A stretch of DNA of 64,000 nucleotides from positions 96,001-160,000 of the forward strand of contig CBEUCH010000001.1 in NCBI GenBank assembly GCA_965541585.1, given 5' to 3'. The DNA comes from an uncultured bacterium (GTDB taxonomy: Bacteria; Zixibacteria; MSB-5A5; UBA10806). This document shows positions 37,145 to 48,052 of this stretch, piece by piece; position 1 is the first letter of the stretch, and every line of letters begins with the position of its first letter. Both the position numbers and the translations under genes were made by a program. The notes below the pieces were generated by a model. That model made no database searches. It saw nothing but the letters and a program-made list of their open reading frames with translations, and had not been told where the DNA came from.

Positions 37145-38094
37145 GGCTTATATTTTTCGGGACGCCTGATTTTGCATCGCAATGCCTCCGGAAGATTCTA
37201 TCGTCGAAACACAGCGTAGCAGCGGTGGTGACCGCGCCGGATAAACCGGCGGGCCGGGGCAGAAGGCTGGCGCAAACGGCGGTGAAAACACTGGCAAGTA
37301 AGCACGAGTTGGAGATTTTGCAGCCTGAAAGGCTCAAAGATCCATCATTTCTACAAAAGCTCGAAGTCTCGGGCGCAGATATTTTCTGCGTGGTGGCGTT
37401 CAGAATTCTACCGGAAGAAGTGTTCGGCATGCCGCCCGAGGGATGTATCAACCTTCATGCCTCGCTGTTACCTAAATACCGAGGAGCGGCGCCGATCAAC
37501 TGGGCGCTTATCAATGGAGAGAGCGAAACGGGCCTGACGACTTTTTTTATCCGCCGCAAAGTCGATACGGGAGAGATTATCCGGCAGGAGAAGATAGATA
37601 TCGAACCGAATGAAACTTTCGGCAGCCTGCACGACAGGATGGCGGAAATGGGAGGGGGATTGCTCATCCGGACCCTGGATTTGATAGAGTCGGGCAATGT
37701 CGCCCCTATAAAGCAGGATGATAGTCAGGCATCATCGGCGCCCAAAATATCTCCCGAACTGGGCGGAATAAACTGGGCAAAATCGGCTCGTGAAATCCAC
37801 AACCTGGTTCGAGGATTGTCGCCACGACCGGCGGCGCATTCATATCTCGAACAAAAAAGAATTACTTTGCTCCTGACTGAATTGACGACGGATGAACCGA
37901 CTGATCAAAAACCGGGGTCGGTTATAATGGCGGATTCGAGAAATGGAATAGTGGTTGCCTGCGGGAAGGGTTCTTTGAAGATCCTTCAGTTGAAGCCGGA
38001 GTCGGGCAGTGCTATGACCGGCGCCGAATTTGTCCGCGGGTACCGATTGGAAGCCGGTACCTGCTTTGGAGGTCATGTTGAGCGCAAAAGTTAG
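37141..38094 (+). CDS. fmt: Methionyl-tRNA formyltransferase
   Basis: 'FFGTPDFA' and 'INLHASLLPKYRGAAPI'. Confidence 0.96.
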   Translation: MRLIFFGTPDFASQCLRKILSSKHSVAAVVTAPDKPAGRGRRLAQTAVKTLASKHELEILQPERLKDPSFLQKLEVSGADIFCVVAFRILPEEVFGMPPEGCINLHASLLPKYRGAAPINWALINGESETGLTTFFIRRKVDTGEIIRQEKIDIEPNETFGSLHDRMAEMGGGLLIRTLDLIESGNVAPIKQDDSQASSAPKISPELGGINWAKSAREIHNLVRGLSPRPAAHSYLEQKRITLLLTELTTDEPTDQKPGSVIMADSRNGIVVACGKGSLKILQLKPESGSAMTGAEFVRGYRLEAGTCFGGHVERKS

Positions 38095-39640
38095 TTCCCA
38101 GATATATGTGAATGTCACCGACTATGAGACCCGGATAGCGGTCGTTGAGGACGATAAGCTGGTCGAGCTGATAACCGAAAGGCCGGAAAGCGAGCGAATA
38201 GTAGGGGATATCTATAAAGGCAAGGTGACGGCGGTCCTCCCGGGTATCCAGGCGGCATTCGTGGATATAGGTCTCGAGAAGGCAGGTTTTCTGCACTTCT
38301 CGGATACTTCGGATTTCAGGGGAACCCAGAATCTTCTTTTTGATATGGAATATATCGATGAGGACACTCTCGATACTCCATTGGTTTCGAGACGTAAAAG
38401 ATCATCTATCATATCAGATCTTATAAAGAAGGGGCAGGAGATTCTCGTACAGGTTATAAGGGAACCGATTGGCAATAAAGGGCCGCGACTTACCACCGTC
38501 ATATCTCTGCCGGGACGATACATTGTCATGATCCCGGGGGGGAACCATCTGGGTATCTCCAGGAAAATCTCGGATCCGGCGGAGAAGAAAAGACTGCGCA
38601 AGATAGTTTCCGATCTGAAGCCGGGGAATTTCGGAATAATCGTCAGGACGGTCGCTGAGGGCAAGGATAAAAGGCGCTTCAAAGCAGATATGACCATGCT
38701 GACCAAGCTCTGGAATAACATGAAAAAGCAGGTAGAAAAATCGACGGCCCCGGCTCTCGTTCACAGGGACCTGGATGTTACCGGTGGTATTATCAGAGAT
38801 CTTCTCACCCGGGATATTGATCGGGTAATGATAGACAACAAAAAGGAATTTTCCAAGATAATGAAGTATCTCAAGGCGCTCGATCCCAAGCTGCGATCCA
38901 TTGTGGAGTTTTACAAATATCCCGAACCGATTTTCGATAAGATGGAAATCGAGCCCGAGATAGAGAAGATGCTTGAGAGGAAGGTCTGGATCAAGGGCGG
39001 GGCCAATATCGTGATAGATCAGACGGAGGCCCTGGTAACTGTCGATGTCAACACCGGCAGATACAGCGCCAAAGCCAGGGGCGAGGATGCCATTTATAGA
39101 ACAAATCTGGAGGCCGCTCGCGTTGTTGCCCGCCAGTTAAGGCTTCGGGATATAGGTGGCATCATAATCGTTGATTTCATAGATTTAGAGAGTAAGGAAC
39201 GTCGCAGACGAATCTATGATGAATTTAAAAACTCTCTATCGCGAGATCGCTCAGAGAATTATATATCCTCGATATCCGATCTGGGCCTGGTGGAGATGAC
39301 ACGCAAGCGGATAAGGCCGTCATTCATGCATGCGACTTCTGAACCCTGCCCATTATGCGATGGCATCGGGCGGGTCCTTTCTCGAGAGTCAATGGCGGTA
39401 AAAATCGAGCGCTGGTTCAAACGGGCCCGTACATCATCATCGTTGAGAAAATACCAGATGATAACCGGCCCGCAGGTCGGGGAGGTTCTTCTCGATGGCA
39501 GGCCCAACCGGCTCCGGATCCTGGAGAAAAACACGAAGCTTAAAATAGATTTGATAATAGACACCTCTCTTCACCCCGATGAATTCAAGGTAATTGATGC
39601 CTCATCTGAAATCGACGTTACTGAAAAATATAAAGCCTGA
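38075..39640 (+). CDS. rng: Rne/Rng-family ribonuclease
   Basis: S1 domain, 'AAFVDIG', 'DVNTG' and 'LRLRDIGGIIIVDFID'. Confidence 0.93.
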   Translation: MLSAKVSSQIYVNVTDYETRIAVVEDDKLVELITERPESERIVGDIYKGKVTAVLPGIQAAFVDIGLEKAGFLHFSDTSDFRGTQNLLFDMEYIDEDTLDTPLVSRRKRSSIISDLIKKGQEILVQVIREPIGNKGPRLTTVISLPGRYIVMIPGGNHLGISRKISDPAEKKRLRKIVSDLKPGNFGIIVRTVAEGKDKRRFKADMTMLTKLWNNMKKQVEKSTAPALVHRDLDVTGGIIRDLLTRDIDRVMIDNKKEFSKIMKYLKALDPKLRSIVEFYKYPEPIFDKMEIEPEIEKMLERKVWIKGGANIVIDQTEALVTVDVNTGRYSAKARGEDAIYRTNLEAARVVARQLRLRDIGGIIIVDFIDLESKERRRRIYDEFKNSLSRDRSENYISSISDLGLVEMTRKRIRPSFMHATSEPCPLCDGIGRVLSRESMAVKIERWFKRARTSSSLRKYQMITGPQVGEVLLDGRPNRLRILEKNTKLKIDLIIDTSLHPDEFKVIDASSEIDVTEKYKA

Positions 39641-40781
39641 AAATTTATTGGCTTTATCAGTATATCTTTTTGCCATCGCCGCTCCCATCTCGATCGTGCT
39701 GGCCCAGGCGGCCGCGGGCCTGGTGATCTTAAGCGGTATCGCCTGTACGGTCTCTCGTTCCGAGAGAATCAGGTTGCCTTTCTGGGGATCAATATTGTTG
39801 CCGTCTTTTCTGGCATTGGTGCTTTTGTCCTCGATTTTTTCTCCCAGTTTCGTATCAGCCGTTCCTCAGCTAAAGAAAAGCTGGGTTATGATCTGTTTTT
39901 TCCCCATGGTGGCGTTTTCGTCGGCCTTCTCCTCGAGGAAATTAATCGATCTCTTAATTCTGGGTACGGGAATCGCGTCGCTTTTAGGTCTATTCCGATT
40001 CATATCAGGGGAGGTTCAGCGGGCTGCTCCCTACTCAGGTGGATATACCACCATGGCGCTGTTTGAAGCGGCCATGATACCGATCGCTTTAGCGGTTTTT
40101 GTTAAGACAGAATCATCAAAAAGATGGTTCTATATAGCGGCGGGAGCGGTTATGGCAGCAGGTTTGCTTTTTTCGGGCACCAGGGCGGGATGGTTTTCCG
40201 CGGCTGCAGGCATTTTGATTGTCGGATTTTATCTCAATAAGAAGCGAACCGTTATAGGCCTGCTCATTGCGATCGCACTTCTGACAGCGATCCCCCAGAG
40301 CCGTGGTCTGATCATTGAGCGTTTCAAGGCCAATAAAGAAGGCGGCATAACAAGTGGTCGCACCTCCCTGTATGCGGCCTCGCTGGCGCCGGTATCACAC
40401 TTGCCATTCTGGGGATATGGCCCGGGGAGTTTTAGAAAACTTGTGCCCGAGGGTATTTTAGAAGAAATAGGCGATACCGGAATCCAGAGCTGGCATTCGA
40501 CGCCTTTGGAAATATTGATAGAATCCGGGCCACTGGCGCTGATTGTCTTCTTAGGTCTGGCAACGGGTCCACTCCTGATTTGCTGGCGGAATCGTGCAAG
40601 ATCGTCCGGCGAGGGAACATTCTGGGCGGGGATGTTATCCTCCATCGTGGCACTGTATCTGGCCGGGATGACAACCAATCTCTTGAGAGATTTTATGCTT
40701 TTATCCCTTTTGATGATAATCTGGTCGGTATCAGTTACTGGCCCGGAGAAACCGGTTCCAGCGGGGAATAAATTTGAATAA
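39594..40781 (+). CDS. O-antigen ligase-family membrane protein
   Basis: Multi-TM, 'SGTRAGW', 'WGYGPGSF' and 'H..PLEILIESG'. Confidence 0.8.
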   Translation: MMPHLKSTLLKNIKPENLLALSVYLFAIAAPISIVLAQAAAGLVILSGIACTVSRSERIRLPFWGSILLPSFLALVLLSSIFSPSFVSAVPQLKKSWVMICFFPMVAFSSAFSSRKLIDLLILGTGIASLLGLFRFISGEVQRAAPYSGGYTTMALFEAAMIPIALAVFVKTESSKRWFYIAAGAVMAAGLLFSGTRAGWFSAAAGILIVGFYLNKKRTVIGLLIAIALLTAIPQSRGLIIERFKANKEGGITSGRTSLYAASLAPVSHLPFWGYGPGSFRKLVPEGILEEIGDTGIQSWHSTPLEILIESGPLALIVFLGLATGPLLICWRNRARSSGEGTFWAGMLSSIVALYLAGMTTNLLRDFMLLSLLMIIWSVSVTGPEKPVPAGNKFE

Positions 40782-40826
40782 AGAAAGTCCTGTGAACATT
40801 AACAACAGATACATGATAGGTGTTTT

Positions 40827-41372
40827 ATGACTTCCCGGAAGAGCCTGATTGACGAAGGCATAATCCAGGTAGCGGCTATGATGGAGATAGCCGCCCGGAC
40901 GGCTCCCAAATCGAGGGGCGAGGATTTTGTCGAGATTATGACGATCACCGGCCGAGGATTGAAAAAGCTTGCAGACGCTATGCTCAAATTCGGGGCGGAG
41001 AAGAACAAACAAAATTTCGACCGGGATGCCGCCAACGTATCGGCCTCAAAAGCGGTGGTCATTATCGGGCTGAATAACAGTACTTCCCTGGGTCTCGATT
41101 GTGGCGGCTGCGGTTATCCCGACTGCAATGCTTTTAACCTGGCCAAGCAGGTAGATGTTGACTTTCTGGGGCCAATATGCAGCTATCGCCTTATTGACCT
41201 GGGTATCGCAGTCGGCTCGGCCGTTAAGACGGCGCAGATATTCAATGTCGATAACCGAATCATGTACCGTATCGGGGTCGCCGCCCGATGGATGGGGCTG
41301 GTGGACTGGGATTATCTTCTGGGGATTCCCCTCTCGGCGACGGGGAAAAACATATTTTTTGACCGTGGATGA
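40827..41372 (+). CDS. DUF2148 ferredoxin-domain protein
   Basis: 'ARTAPKSRG', 'CGGCGY.DC', 'DLGIAVGSA' and 'VDNRIMY'. Confidence 0.88.
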   Translation: MTSRKSLIDEGIIQVAAMMEIAARTAPKSRGEDFVEIMTITGRGLKKLADAMLKFGAEKNKQNFDRDAANVSASKAVVIIGLNNSTSLGLDCGGCGYPDCNAFNLAKQVDVDFLGPICSYRLIDLGIAVGSAVKTAQIFNVDNRIMYRIGVAARWMGLVDWDYLLGIPLSATGKNIFFDRG

Positions 41373-41425
41373 ATGAAACAAATCTACATTAGAAATGTTT
41401 AATCACATGGTTTCGGAGATGGTGC

Positions 41426-41455
41426 TTGACAAGAAGACGAGGGATATTATATGAT
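41426..41455 (+). promoter_or_regulatory. Sigma70-type promoter of rplU-bamA
   Basis: TTGACA-N18-TATGAT upstream of the GGAGG RBS. Confidence 0.55.
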
Positions 41456-41482
41456 AAATTTCTTAGATAATCTGGAGGTGCG

Positions 41483-41794
41483 ATGCGAGCGATTATTGAA
41501 ACCGGAGGGACCCAGGTTCCCGTTGAAGTTAATGCTAACTGCAAGATACCCAGGATAGATAAACCGGTCGGGGAGGAGATCAATTTCGATAAGGTCTTGC
41601 TGATCTCCAAGGGTAAGAAGCCAGTTGTAGGTAAGCCGTATATCGAGGGTGCGTCTGTTAAAGGCGAGGTTGTGGCTCACAGCAGGTTCGACAAGGTTAT
41701 CGTATTCAAATTTAAAAGGCGGCGCAAGTATCGTCGCAGGACCGGACATAGACAGGACTTTACAGAAGTTCTGGTCAAGAAGATAAGCCATTGA
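41483..41794 (+). CDS. rplU: 50S ribosomal protein L21
   Basis: 'AIIETGG.Q', 'VGKPY' and 'VFKFKRRRKYRRRTGHRQ'. Confidence 0.95.
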   Translation: MRAIIETGGTQVPVEVNANCKIPRIDKPVGEEINFDKVLLISKGKKPVVGKPYIEGASVKGEVVAHSRFDKVIVFKFKRRRKYRRRTGHRQDFTEVLVKKISH

Positions 41795-44121
41795 AGAGAT
41801 CTATCCTTGCAATAGCGGCGGTCTTATTTCTTGGGGCATCTGTCGGGGCACAACCCGATGCCGGACCGGGACCTGGTGAATTCGGCGTCGAGGTATGGCA
41901 AAAATCCATATTATCGGTCAATATCGAGGGGATTCATAGCGCCGATACATTCCTGGTGCTAAATTCGTCCGCGCTGGTTCCCGGCGATATTGTCACTTCC
42001 GGCCTGGTGCAGGATGCCATAAAGGGCGTTTACGGGCTCGGGTTATTCTCCGAGGTGGGAATCGACGCTGAACCCGCCGAGGCCGGCGTGGTACTGACGA
42101 TAAAAGTCAAAGAATATCCCAAACTCCGCGATCTTAAGTTCTCCGGCAACAAGAAGATCAAAACCAAAAAATTTAAGGAAAAAATCACGCTTTTCGAGGG
42201 GCGACTCGTCTCTCCCAAGGAGATAAAAAACAACGTTGAACGTATAGAATCCATGTATGCCGAGAAAGGGTATCTTCTGGTTAATATTGAAACCGAGCAA
42301 AGCGCGGTGGAAGACGAGGAGGGACTTGTCGACCTGGAATTCAAGATAAGCGAAGGGGAGAAAGTCAGAGTTGGCAGGATAACTTTTTCGGGTAACCGGG
42401 TATTCGCCGATAAGAAGCTCCGGGGCAAAATGTCCACCAAACAAAAGGGATTCTTCAGGTCCGGCAGTTTCGAAAAGGAGAAATACCTCGAGGATAAAGA
42501 TAAGATCATTGAGTTCTATAAGAAGGAAGGGTATATCGATGCTGTCATTCTGGGCGATTCAATATGGTATTCCGAAAATAAGACCCGGATGTTTATCCAG
42601 ATCGAGTTGAGAGAGGGCGAAAGATATTATTTCGGAAATCTTAGCTGGCAAGGAAATACGCTATTTGCCGATGAGGATTTTCAAACGAAGGTGGAATTCA
42701 AAGAGGGGCAGGTCTACGATCAGGAGAAATATGACGAGACTCTATTCAAATTCCATGAAATGTACCAGGACGAGGGTTACTGGTATGCGCAATTTGAGGA
42801 GGAAAACAACGCCCGCGGGGACACCGTTGATTTCCACTGGAGTATTACCGAGAACGATCCAGTCCATATCCGGCTGATTAATATAGTCGGGAATACCAAG
42901 ACTCATGAGAAGGTTATAAGGCGCGAGCTTTTAATTACGCCAAAAACAGTATTCAAAAGATCCATCCTGGGGCGGTCGCTGCGCGAGGTTATGATTCTAA
43001 ACTTTTTTTCCGATGTCACTCCCGACTGGGATGTTCTCCCCAATGGGGATATCGATTTGAAAATCAAGGTCGAGGAGAAGCCTACCGGTCAATTTTCAAT
43101 TGGCGCCGGCTATTCTGCGGTTGATAAGGTAGTTGCCACCATTGGACTCGGGGTTCCCAATCTCTTCGGGACCGGTCAGACCGCTACCTTGAATCTGGAT
43201 CTCGGCAGAAACAGAACTACTTTCGATGTCAGCTATCTGGAGCCATGGTTTCTGGATACTCCCACATCCCTGTCCGGCAATCTTTATCTGCAGGAACGTC
43301 GCTGGTACGATTGGTTTATCGAACGCAGAATCGGCGGCAGCGTCAGAGTCGGGAGAAGACTCCGCTGGCCTGATAACTATTTCCGCATCTTCTCCGGATA
43401 TCGCCTTGAGCTGGTTGATTATCCCGAAGAAGACATCAACCGTTCATATATTGATAGGAATCTGAACAATCCATACTCCGTCGACAAGCAGGATTGGCCA
43501 TTGATCACTTCCTCCGCGAGCCTCACGGTATTGAGGGATTCCCGCGACCTTCCGCAGTTTCCTACCGGCGGATCGGTGGTCTCGTGGAGAGGCGAACTGG
43601 CGGGGACACTCCTGGGAGGCGATTGGAATTATCTTAAGCAGGTCTATTCGGCGGAATACTATAGGACGTTATTCTGGAAAGTGGTGGCAATGACCAGGGT
43701 CAAGTACGCCGAAATAGACGGAATATACCACGGGGAGGACGACATTCCCTATATCGAGAGGCTTGCGCCGGGTGGAGTTGATCCCGACGGGACCATCAGG
43801 GGATACGATGACGGTCGTGTCGGGCCTTATGACAAGAGCGGAGCATTCTTGCGCGGCAGATTTGAGTTGATTTACAACTTTGAGTTAACTGTTGCGGTTG
43901 CCGAGCAGCAGTTTTACATTTTGCTGTTCGCCGACGCTGGCAACTCTTACCGGACTCTTAAAGATATCCGGCTCTTCAAGCGATATTTCAGGTCGGTCGG
44001 GCCGGGGTTCAGGATTGTGATTCCGTATATTGGCATAATGGGATTTGATTTCGGTTACGCCTTCGATGGTTTTCAGAGAGACCAATGGAGTACCCATTTC
44101 CAGATAGGTAGAGGTTTTTGA
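41791..44121 (+). CDS. bamA: Outer membrane protein assembly factor BamA
   Basis: POTRA repeats, 'IRGYD' motif and C-terminal 'FQIGRGF'. Confidence 0.95.
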   Translation: MKRSILAIAAVLFLGASVGAQPDAGPGPGEFGVEVWQKSILSVNIEGIHSADTFLVLNSSALVPGDIVTSGLVQDAIKGVYGLGLFSEVGIDAEPAEAGVVLTIKVKEYPKLRDLKFSGNKKIKTKKFKEKITLFEGRLVSPKEIKNNVERIESMYAEKGYLLVNIETEQSAVEDEEGLVDLEFKISEGEKVRVGRITFSGNRVFADKKLRGKMSTKQKGFFRSGSFEKEKYLEDKDKIIEFYKKEGYIDAVILGDSIWYSENKTRMFIQIELREGERYYFGNLSWQGNTLFADEDFQTKVEFKEGQVYDQEKYDETLFKFHEMYQDEGYWYAQFEEENNARGDTVDFHWSITENDPVHIRLINIVGNTKTHEKVIRRELLITPKTVFKRSILGRSLREVMILNFFSDVTPDWDVLPNGDIDLKIKVEEKPTGQFSIGAGYSAVDKVVATIGLGVPNLFGTGQTATLNLDLGRNRTTFDVSYLEPWFLDTPTSLSGNLYLQERRWYDWFIERRIGGSVRVGRRLRWPDNYFRIFSGYRLELVDYPEEDINRSYIDRNLNNPYSVDKQDWPLITSSASLTVLRDSRDLPQFPTGGSVVSWRGELAGTLLGGDWNYLKQVYSAEYYRTLFWKVVAMTRVKYAEIDGIYHGEDDIPYIERLAPGGVDPDGTIRGYDDGRVGPYDKSGAFLRGRFELIYNFELTVAVAEQQFYILLFADAGNSYRTLKDIRLFKRYFRSVGPGFRIVIPYIGIMGFDFGYAFDGFQRDQWSTHFQIGRGF

Positions 44122-44168
44122 TGATCAGCTGTTTGGCTGGAACAAACATAACTTTCAGGAAGGTGATT

Positions 44169-44687
44169 ATGAAATGGTTTGTCTTCGCCGCCGGGGTCAT
44201 AGCATTCAGCGCCCTGCAGGCGAACGCTCAGGGGGGCAAGATCGGCTATGTTAATTCGCAGCGCATTTTCTCCGAGTCCCCCGAGTTTCAGGAGGCCCAG
44301 GCGAGGTTCGATAAAGAGGTCGAGGATTGGAATACTCGCGCCGCCGCCCTGAACGATGTCATAGACAGCATTAAGCTGGATAACGAGAAGAACTCCCTGA
44401 TCTGGTCGGCATCGAAACGCAAAGAGGTGGAGGATCTTCTGACGGCCAAACAGGATTCTCTTCAGCAATTTCTGGATCAGACTTTCGGCCCCAACGGCAA
44501 AGCTGAACGGAGGATGGCGGAGCTTTCCAGACCGATTGAGGAGAGAATTATCGACATAATCAGAGGCGTAGCCATCGAGAAAGATTTTGATATGGTGCTG
44601 GATGTGGCCGCAGTTAGCATCGCTTTCGCCAAGGAAAGTCTGGATTTGACTGAAGATGTACTGGCCGAGATCGCCGAAGAAAAATAG
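44169..44687 (+). CDS. skp: OmpH/Skp periplasmic chaperone
   Basis: 'KIGYVN...I', a coiled coil and 'DLTEDVL'. Confidence 0.9.
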   Translation: MKWFVFAAGVIAFSALQANAQGGKIGYVNSQRIFSESPEFQEAQARFDKEVEDWNTRAAALNDVIDSIKLDNEKNSLIWSASKRKEVEDLLTAKQDSLQQFLDQTFGPNGKAERRMAELSRPIEERIIDIIRGVAIEKDFDMVLDVAAVSIAFAKESLDLTEDVLAEIAEEK

Positions 44688-45707
44688 ATGTCCTTTAGAT
44701 TGGGCCAGATAGCCTCTGCTGTAAAAGCAGAGCTTAAAGGTGATGCCGATCTGCGGATAGAGGGTCTGGCAACCATAGAAACCGCAGAACCGGGCGATTT
44801 GTCATTTATCGCCTCGAGGAAATTCGAAAAACTCGTCGAGAAATCCCGGGCCTCGGCGCTGATAGCTTATCCCGGACTGCAGAGCGCGAAACATTCCCTT
44901 CTGATAGTGGAGAATCCGCAACTGGGATTCGCCATGGCCATGAGGATGTTTTATGATGCATTTTCCTCTGTTACCCCCGGTATCGAAAAGACCGCGGTTA
45001 TTTCGGATGGTGTCGGAATATCCGACGATTGTTACATAGGGCATAATGTCGTGATTTCGAAGGGGGCTCAGATCGGCAAGGGGGTTGAAATCCACGCCGG
45101 GGCTTTCGTGAGCGAGGATGTTTCCATAGGGGATAATTGCCGGATATTTCAAAATGTCGTCATTCGCGAACGTGTGACTATAGGCGCTAATGTCGTAGTA
45201 TACCCCAACGTTGTGATCGGCTCCGACGGATTCGGGTATTGCTGGGATGGATCAAATCATATAAAGATTCCGCAGGCCGGCACGGTTGTCATCGAGGATG
45301 GGGTCGAGATCGGCGCCGGCACCACGATCGACAGGGCAACGCTCGGTGAAACGGTAATAGGCAGGGGGAGCATAATAGATAACCTGGTTCAGATAGCCCA
45401 TAACTGCAAGATCGGACCCTATTCTGTCATATGCGCACAGGTTGGATTGGCAGGATCCACGGTATTGGGCAGAAAGGTAACGCTCGCCGGACAGGTTGGC
45501 GTTGCCGGTCACCTCAAAATAGGCGATGGAGCAATTATCGAGGCCCAATCCGGAGTCCCAGCCGACGTTCCGGCCGGGGCGGTTCAGTTCGGAACGCCCT
45601 CGAGAGATGTTTACCTGGCCCACAAGATCGAAGCTATCCTGAACCGTTTACCGGATTATGTTAAACGCATCAAGAAGCTGGAATCATATTTTGATAGAGA
45701 TAAGTGA
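44688..45707 (+). CDS. lpxD: UDP-3-O-acylglucosamine N-acyltransferase
   Basis: Hexapeptide repeats, 'IGSDGFGY' and '[10 protein letters not shown]'. Confidence 0.96.
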   Translation: MSFRLGQIASAVKAELKGDADLRIEGLATIETAEPGDLSFIASRKFEKLVEKSRASALIAYPGLQSAKHSLLIVENPQLGFAMAMRMFYDAFSSVTPGIEKTAVISDGVGISDDCYIGHNVVISKGAQIGKGVEIHAGAFVSEDVSIGDNCRIFQNVVIRERVTIGANVVVYPNVVIGSDGFGYCWDGSNHIKIPQAGTVVIEDGVEIGAGTTIDRATLGETVIGRGSIIDNLVQIAHNCKIGPYSVICAQVGLAGSTVLGRKVTLAGQVGVAGHLKIGDGAIIEAQSGVPADVPAGAVQFGTPSRDVYLAHKIEAILNRLPDYVKRIKKLESYFDRDK

Positions 45708-45785
45708 TTTTTATGGGCGGGGAACTCTGCGAATAGAGAATTCGTTTTATATCCCGGTTGATTGGTATGTATGAAGGGAGAACAG

Positions 45786-46115
45786 ATGTCCAAGATTGTT
45801 GAAGTAAACGACGCGAATTTTGAAGAGGAAGTCAAAAAGTCCAATGTTCCTGTCATGATCGATTTCTGGGCTGCCTGGTGCGGGCCGTGCCGCATGATTG
45901 CCCCTTTCGTTGACGAGGCCTCTGACGTTTACGATGGCAAGCTGAAGGTGGCCAAGGTGGATGTGGATAATAATCAGAAAATCGCATCCGAATATGCTGT
46001 TATGTCGATTCCTGCGGTGATGTTTTTCAAGGGCGGCGAGGTCATCGATCAGGTGATCGGCGCAGTGCCCAAGAAGACGTTATTCGATAAGATAGATAAA
46101 GTTCTGGCCTCTTGA
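45786..46115 (+). CDS. trxA: Thioredoxin
   Basis: 'DFWAAWCGPC'. Confidence 0.95.
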   Translation: MSKIVEVNDANFEEEVKKSNVPVMIDFWAAWCGPCRMIAPFVDEASDVYDGKLKVAKVDVDNNQKIASEYAVMSIPAVMFFKGGEVIDQVIGAVPKKTLFDKIDKVLAS

Positions 46116-46528
46116 TGGGCGACCATCAAAGTGCCGAGATTGTTAAAAAGATTCTACGCGATTACCATACTGTGGCTGTGGTGGGGCTATCGGACAAACC
46201 TGAACGGCCCAGTCATATAGTTGCATCATACCTGCAATCTCAGGGTTTCAGGATTATTCCCGTGAACCCCCGAATCTCTCGGGTCCTGGGAGAGGACGCA
46301 TATCCCGATCTGGTTTCCATCCCCTTCGAAATTGAAATAGTCGATATTTTTCGCAGAAGCGAAGATATTCCGCCGATAGTTGATGTTGCCATAAAGAAGG
46401 GAGTACGTGCTATCTGGATGCAGGAGGGAGTAGTTAACGGGGCTGCTGCGGAGAAGGCGGAAGCCGCCGGGCTGGAAGTGGTCATGGACCTTTGCATGCT
46501 CAAGGAGCACCAAAAGTACGGTTTGTAG
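46112..46528 (+). CDS. CoA-binding protein (YccU-like)
   Basis: 'VAVVGLSDKPERPS', 'IIPVNP' and 'IWMQEG'. Confidence 0.9.
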   Translation: MMGDHQSAEIVKKILRDYHTVAVVGLSDKPERPSHIVASYLQSQGFRIIPVNPRISRVLGEDAYPDLVSIPFEIEIVDIFRRSEDIPPIVDVAIKKGVRAIWMQEGVVNGAAAEKAEAAGLEVVMDLCMLKEHQKYGL

Positions 46529-46630
46529 ATTCTGGCAGCAGTATGATAGCCTATAATAAATCGGATCGGTCTATCCGCTATTACCGGGCTGTTCTCTAAA
46601 CGCTTGATCGCATCTTGCCGATAACATATA

Positions 46631-47140
46631 TTGCATGCGGATAGACTGTTTTTCAAGCGGCTCAAGATGAGAATCAGAGAACCCTACAAGAAAATACCGA
46701 AGGTGGTGGAGGCGACACTCGAGTGGAACGGCCGCATGGGATTTGCCTGCCGGTCGGGTTCCGGCCATAATATTACATCAGACGCCTCTCAAGATCATGG
46801 CGGCGATAATGATGGTCCTCGCCCGATGGAGTTTCTGCTTGTTTCGCTTTCGAGTTGCACCGGCATGGACGTAGCCACATTCCTGAAGAAGCGCAACAGG
46901 GATCTTCAAGATCTGAAGATATCGGCACACGGCCGTAGAACGCCGTCGCATCCCCATGTGTTCGAGAGCATAACGCTGGAATATATGCTGACAGGATCGG
47001 ATCTAACTGACGATGACATTCGGTGGGCCGTAGATTTGTCGCTCCAGAAATACTGTTCAGTGGCCGGCATGCTGGGGAAAGTCTGCAAAATCAATTATCG
47101 TTGGAAGATAATTAAAAAGCCCCGCGGGGAGAAAAAATGA
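46631..47140 (+). CDS. OsmC/YhfA-family protein (true start probably near 46703)
   Basis: 'GPRPMEFLL.SL.SCTG.DV' and 'KYCSV'. Confidence 0.88.
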   Translation: MHADRLFFKRLKMRIREPYKKIPKVVEATLEWNGRMGFACRSGSGHNITSDASQDHGGDNDGPRPMEFLLVSLSSCTGMDVATFLKKRNRDLQDLKISAHGRRTPSHPHVFESITLEYMLTGSDLTDDDIRWAVDLSLQKYCSVAGMLGKVCKINYRWKIIKKPRGEKK

Positions 47141-47970
47141 ACTATCACAGGCCTTTTTCCCATGGCATGGGACGGCAGAGCAGCGTTTTCCCGCCTGTGA
47201 TCAAGTGGCTTTTGATCATCAACGTCGCCGCATTTCTGGGCCCCAGGGTTTTAAATTTCAATCTCGATTTCTTTTACAGGGCCTTCGGTCTGGTGCCGGC
47301 TTATGTTTTCGGCAAGTTCTTCGTGTGGCAGCCGGTTACCTACATGTTCCTGCACGCAGATACATGGCATATTCTGATGAACATGTTTATTCTCTGGATG
47401 TTCGGCTCCGAACTCGAGAGAACCTGGGGATCTAGAGAATTCCTAAGATTCTATTTTACTGCAGGCGTTGGAGCGGGCATAATCAATTTTGTCTTCGCGG
47501 TGTTTAATCCTGCAACGAATCTTATGCCGATAATCGGGGCATCGGGTGCGATCTACGGGATACTTGTGGCTTACGCGATGCTATTCCCGGAGAGATATGT
47601 TTATATCTATTTCCTGATACCGGTAAAGGTCAAATTTCTTGTGATCTTTCTGGTGATTATAGCGTTTCTATCGACTTATAGACCTGATGGGATCGCGCAT
47701 TTCGCTCATCTCGGCGGAGCCCTCGTGGGCTTTCTGTACCTGAAATTCGATTGGAGATGGAAGCTTAGAAAGTGGTTTCCGGGGGAGATTATCAGGCGTG
47801 TGAGAATAGCGCAATCGGCCAAGAAGGTTCAGGAGGAGACGAGAATGATGGAGGAGGTTGATGTAATTCTCGATAAGATAAGTCGGGTCGGTTACGAAAA
47901 CCTCACCAGGCGAGAGAAGAAGATATTGGAAAAGGCATCCGATAAATTATCGGAACATGGCCAAAAGTAG
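47137..47970 (+). CDS. Rhomboid intramembrane protease with C-terminal DUF6576-like tail
   Basis: 'YMFLH...HILMNM', GASG, 'AHLGG' and 'VD.ILDKIS..GY..LT..EK'. Confidence 0.92.
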   Translation: MNYHRPFSHGMGRQSSVFPPVIKWLLIINVAAFLGPRVLNFNLDFFYRAFGLVPAYVFGKFFVWQPVTYMFLHADTWHILMNMFILWMFGSELERTWGSREFLRFYFTAGVGAGIINFVFAVFNPATNLMPIIGASGAIYGILVAYAMLFPERYVYIYFLIPVKVKFLVIFLVIIAFLSTYRPDGIAHFAHLGGALVGFLYLKFDWRWKLRKWFPGEIIRRVRIAQSAKKVQEETRMMEEVDVILDKISRVGYENLTRREKKILEKASDKLSEHGQK

Positions 47971-48052
47971 AGCTTAAGTAGGCTTACAAGAGAGCCGATT
48001 ATTATTCTGGGCGAAGAATCCTAGCCCGGGTAGGTACAGCCTGACAGGAGAG

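Noticed and set aside
20950..47140. Other genes ending in TGA as possible selenoproteins (GNAT, DUF3795, DUF2148, trxA, OsmC)
   Set aside because: The proteins look complete, several stops overlap the next start codon, and no SECIS-like hairpin was noticed.
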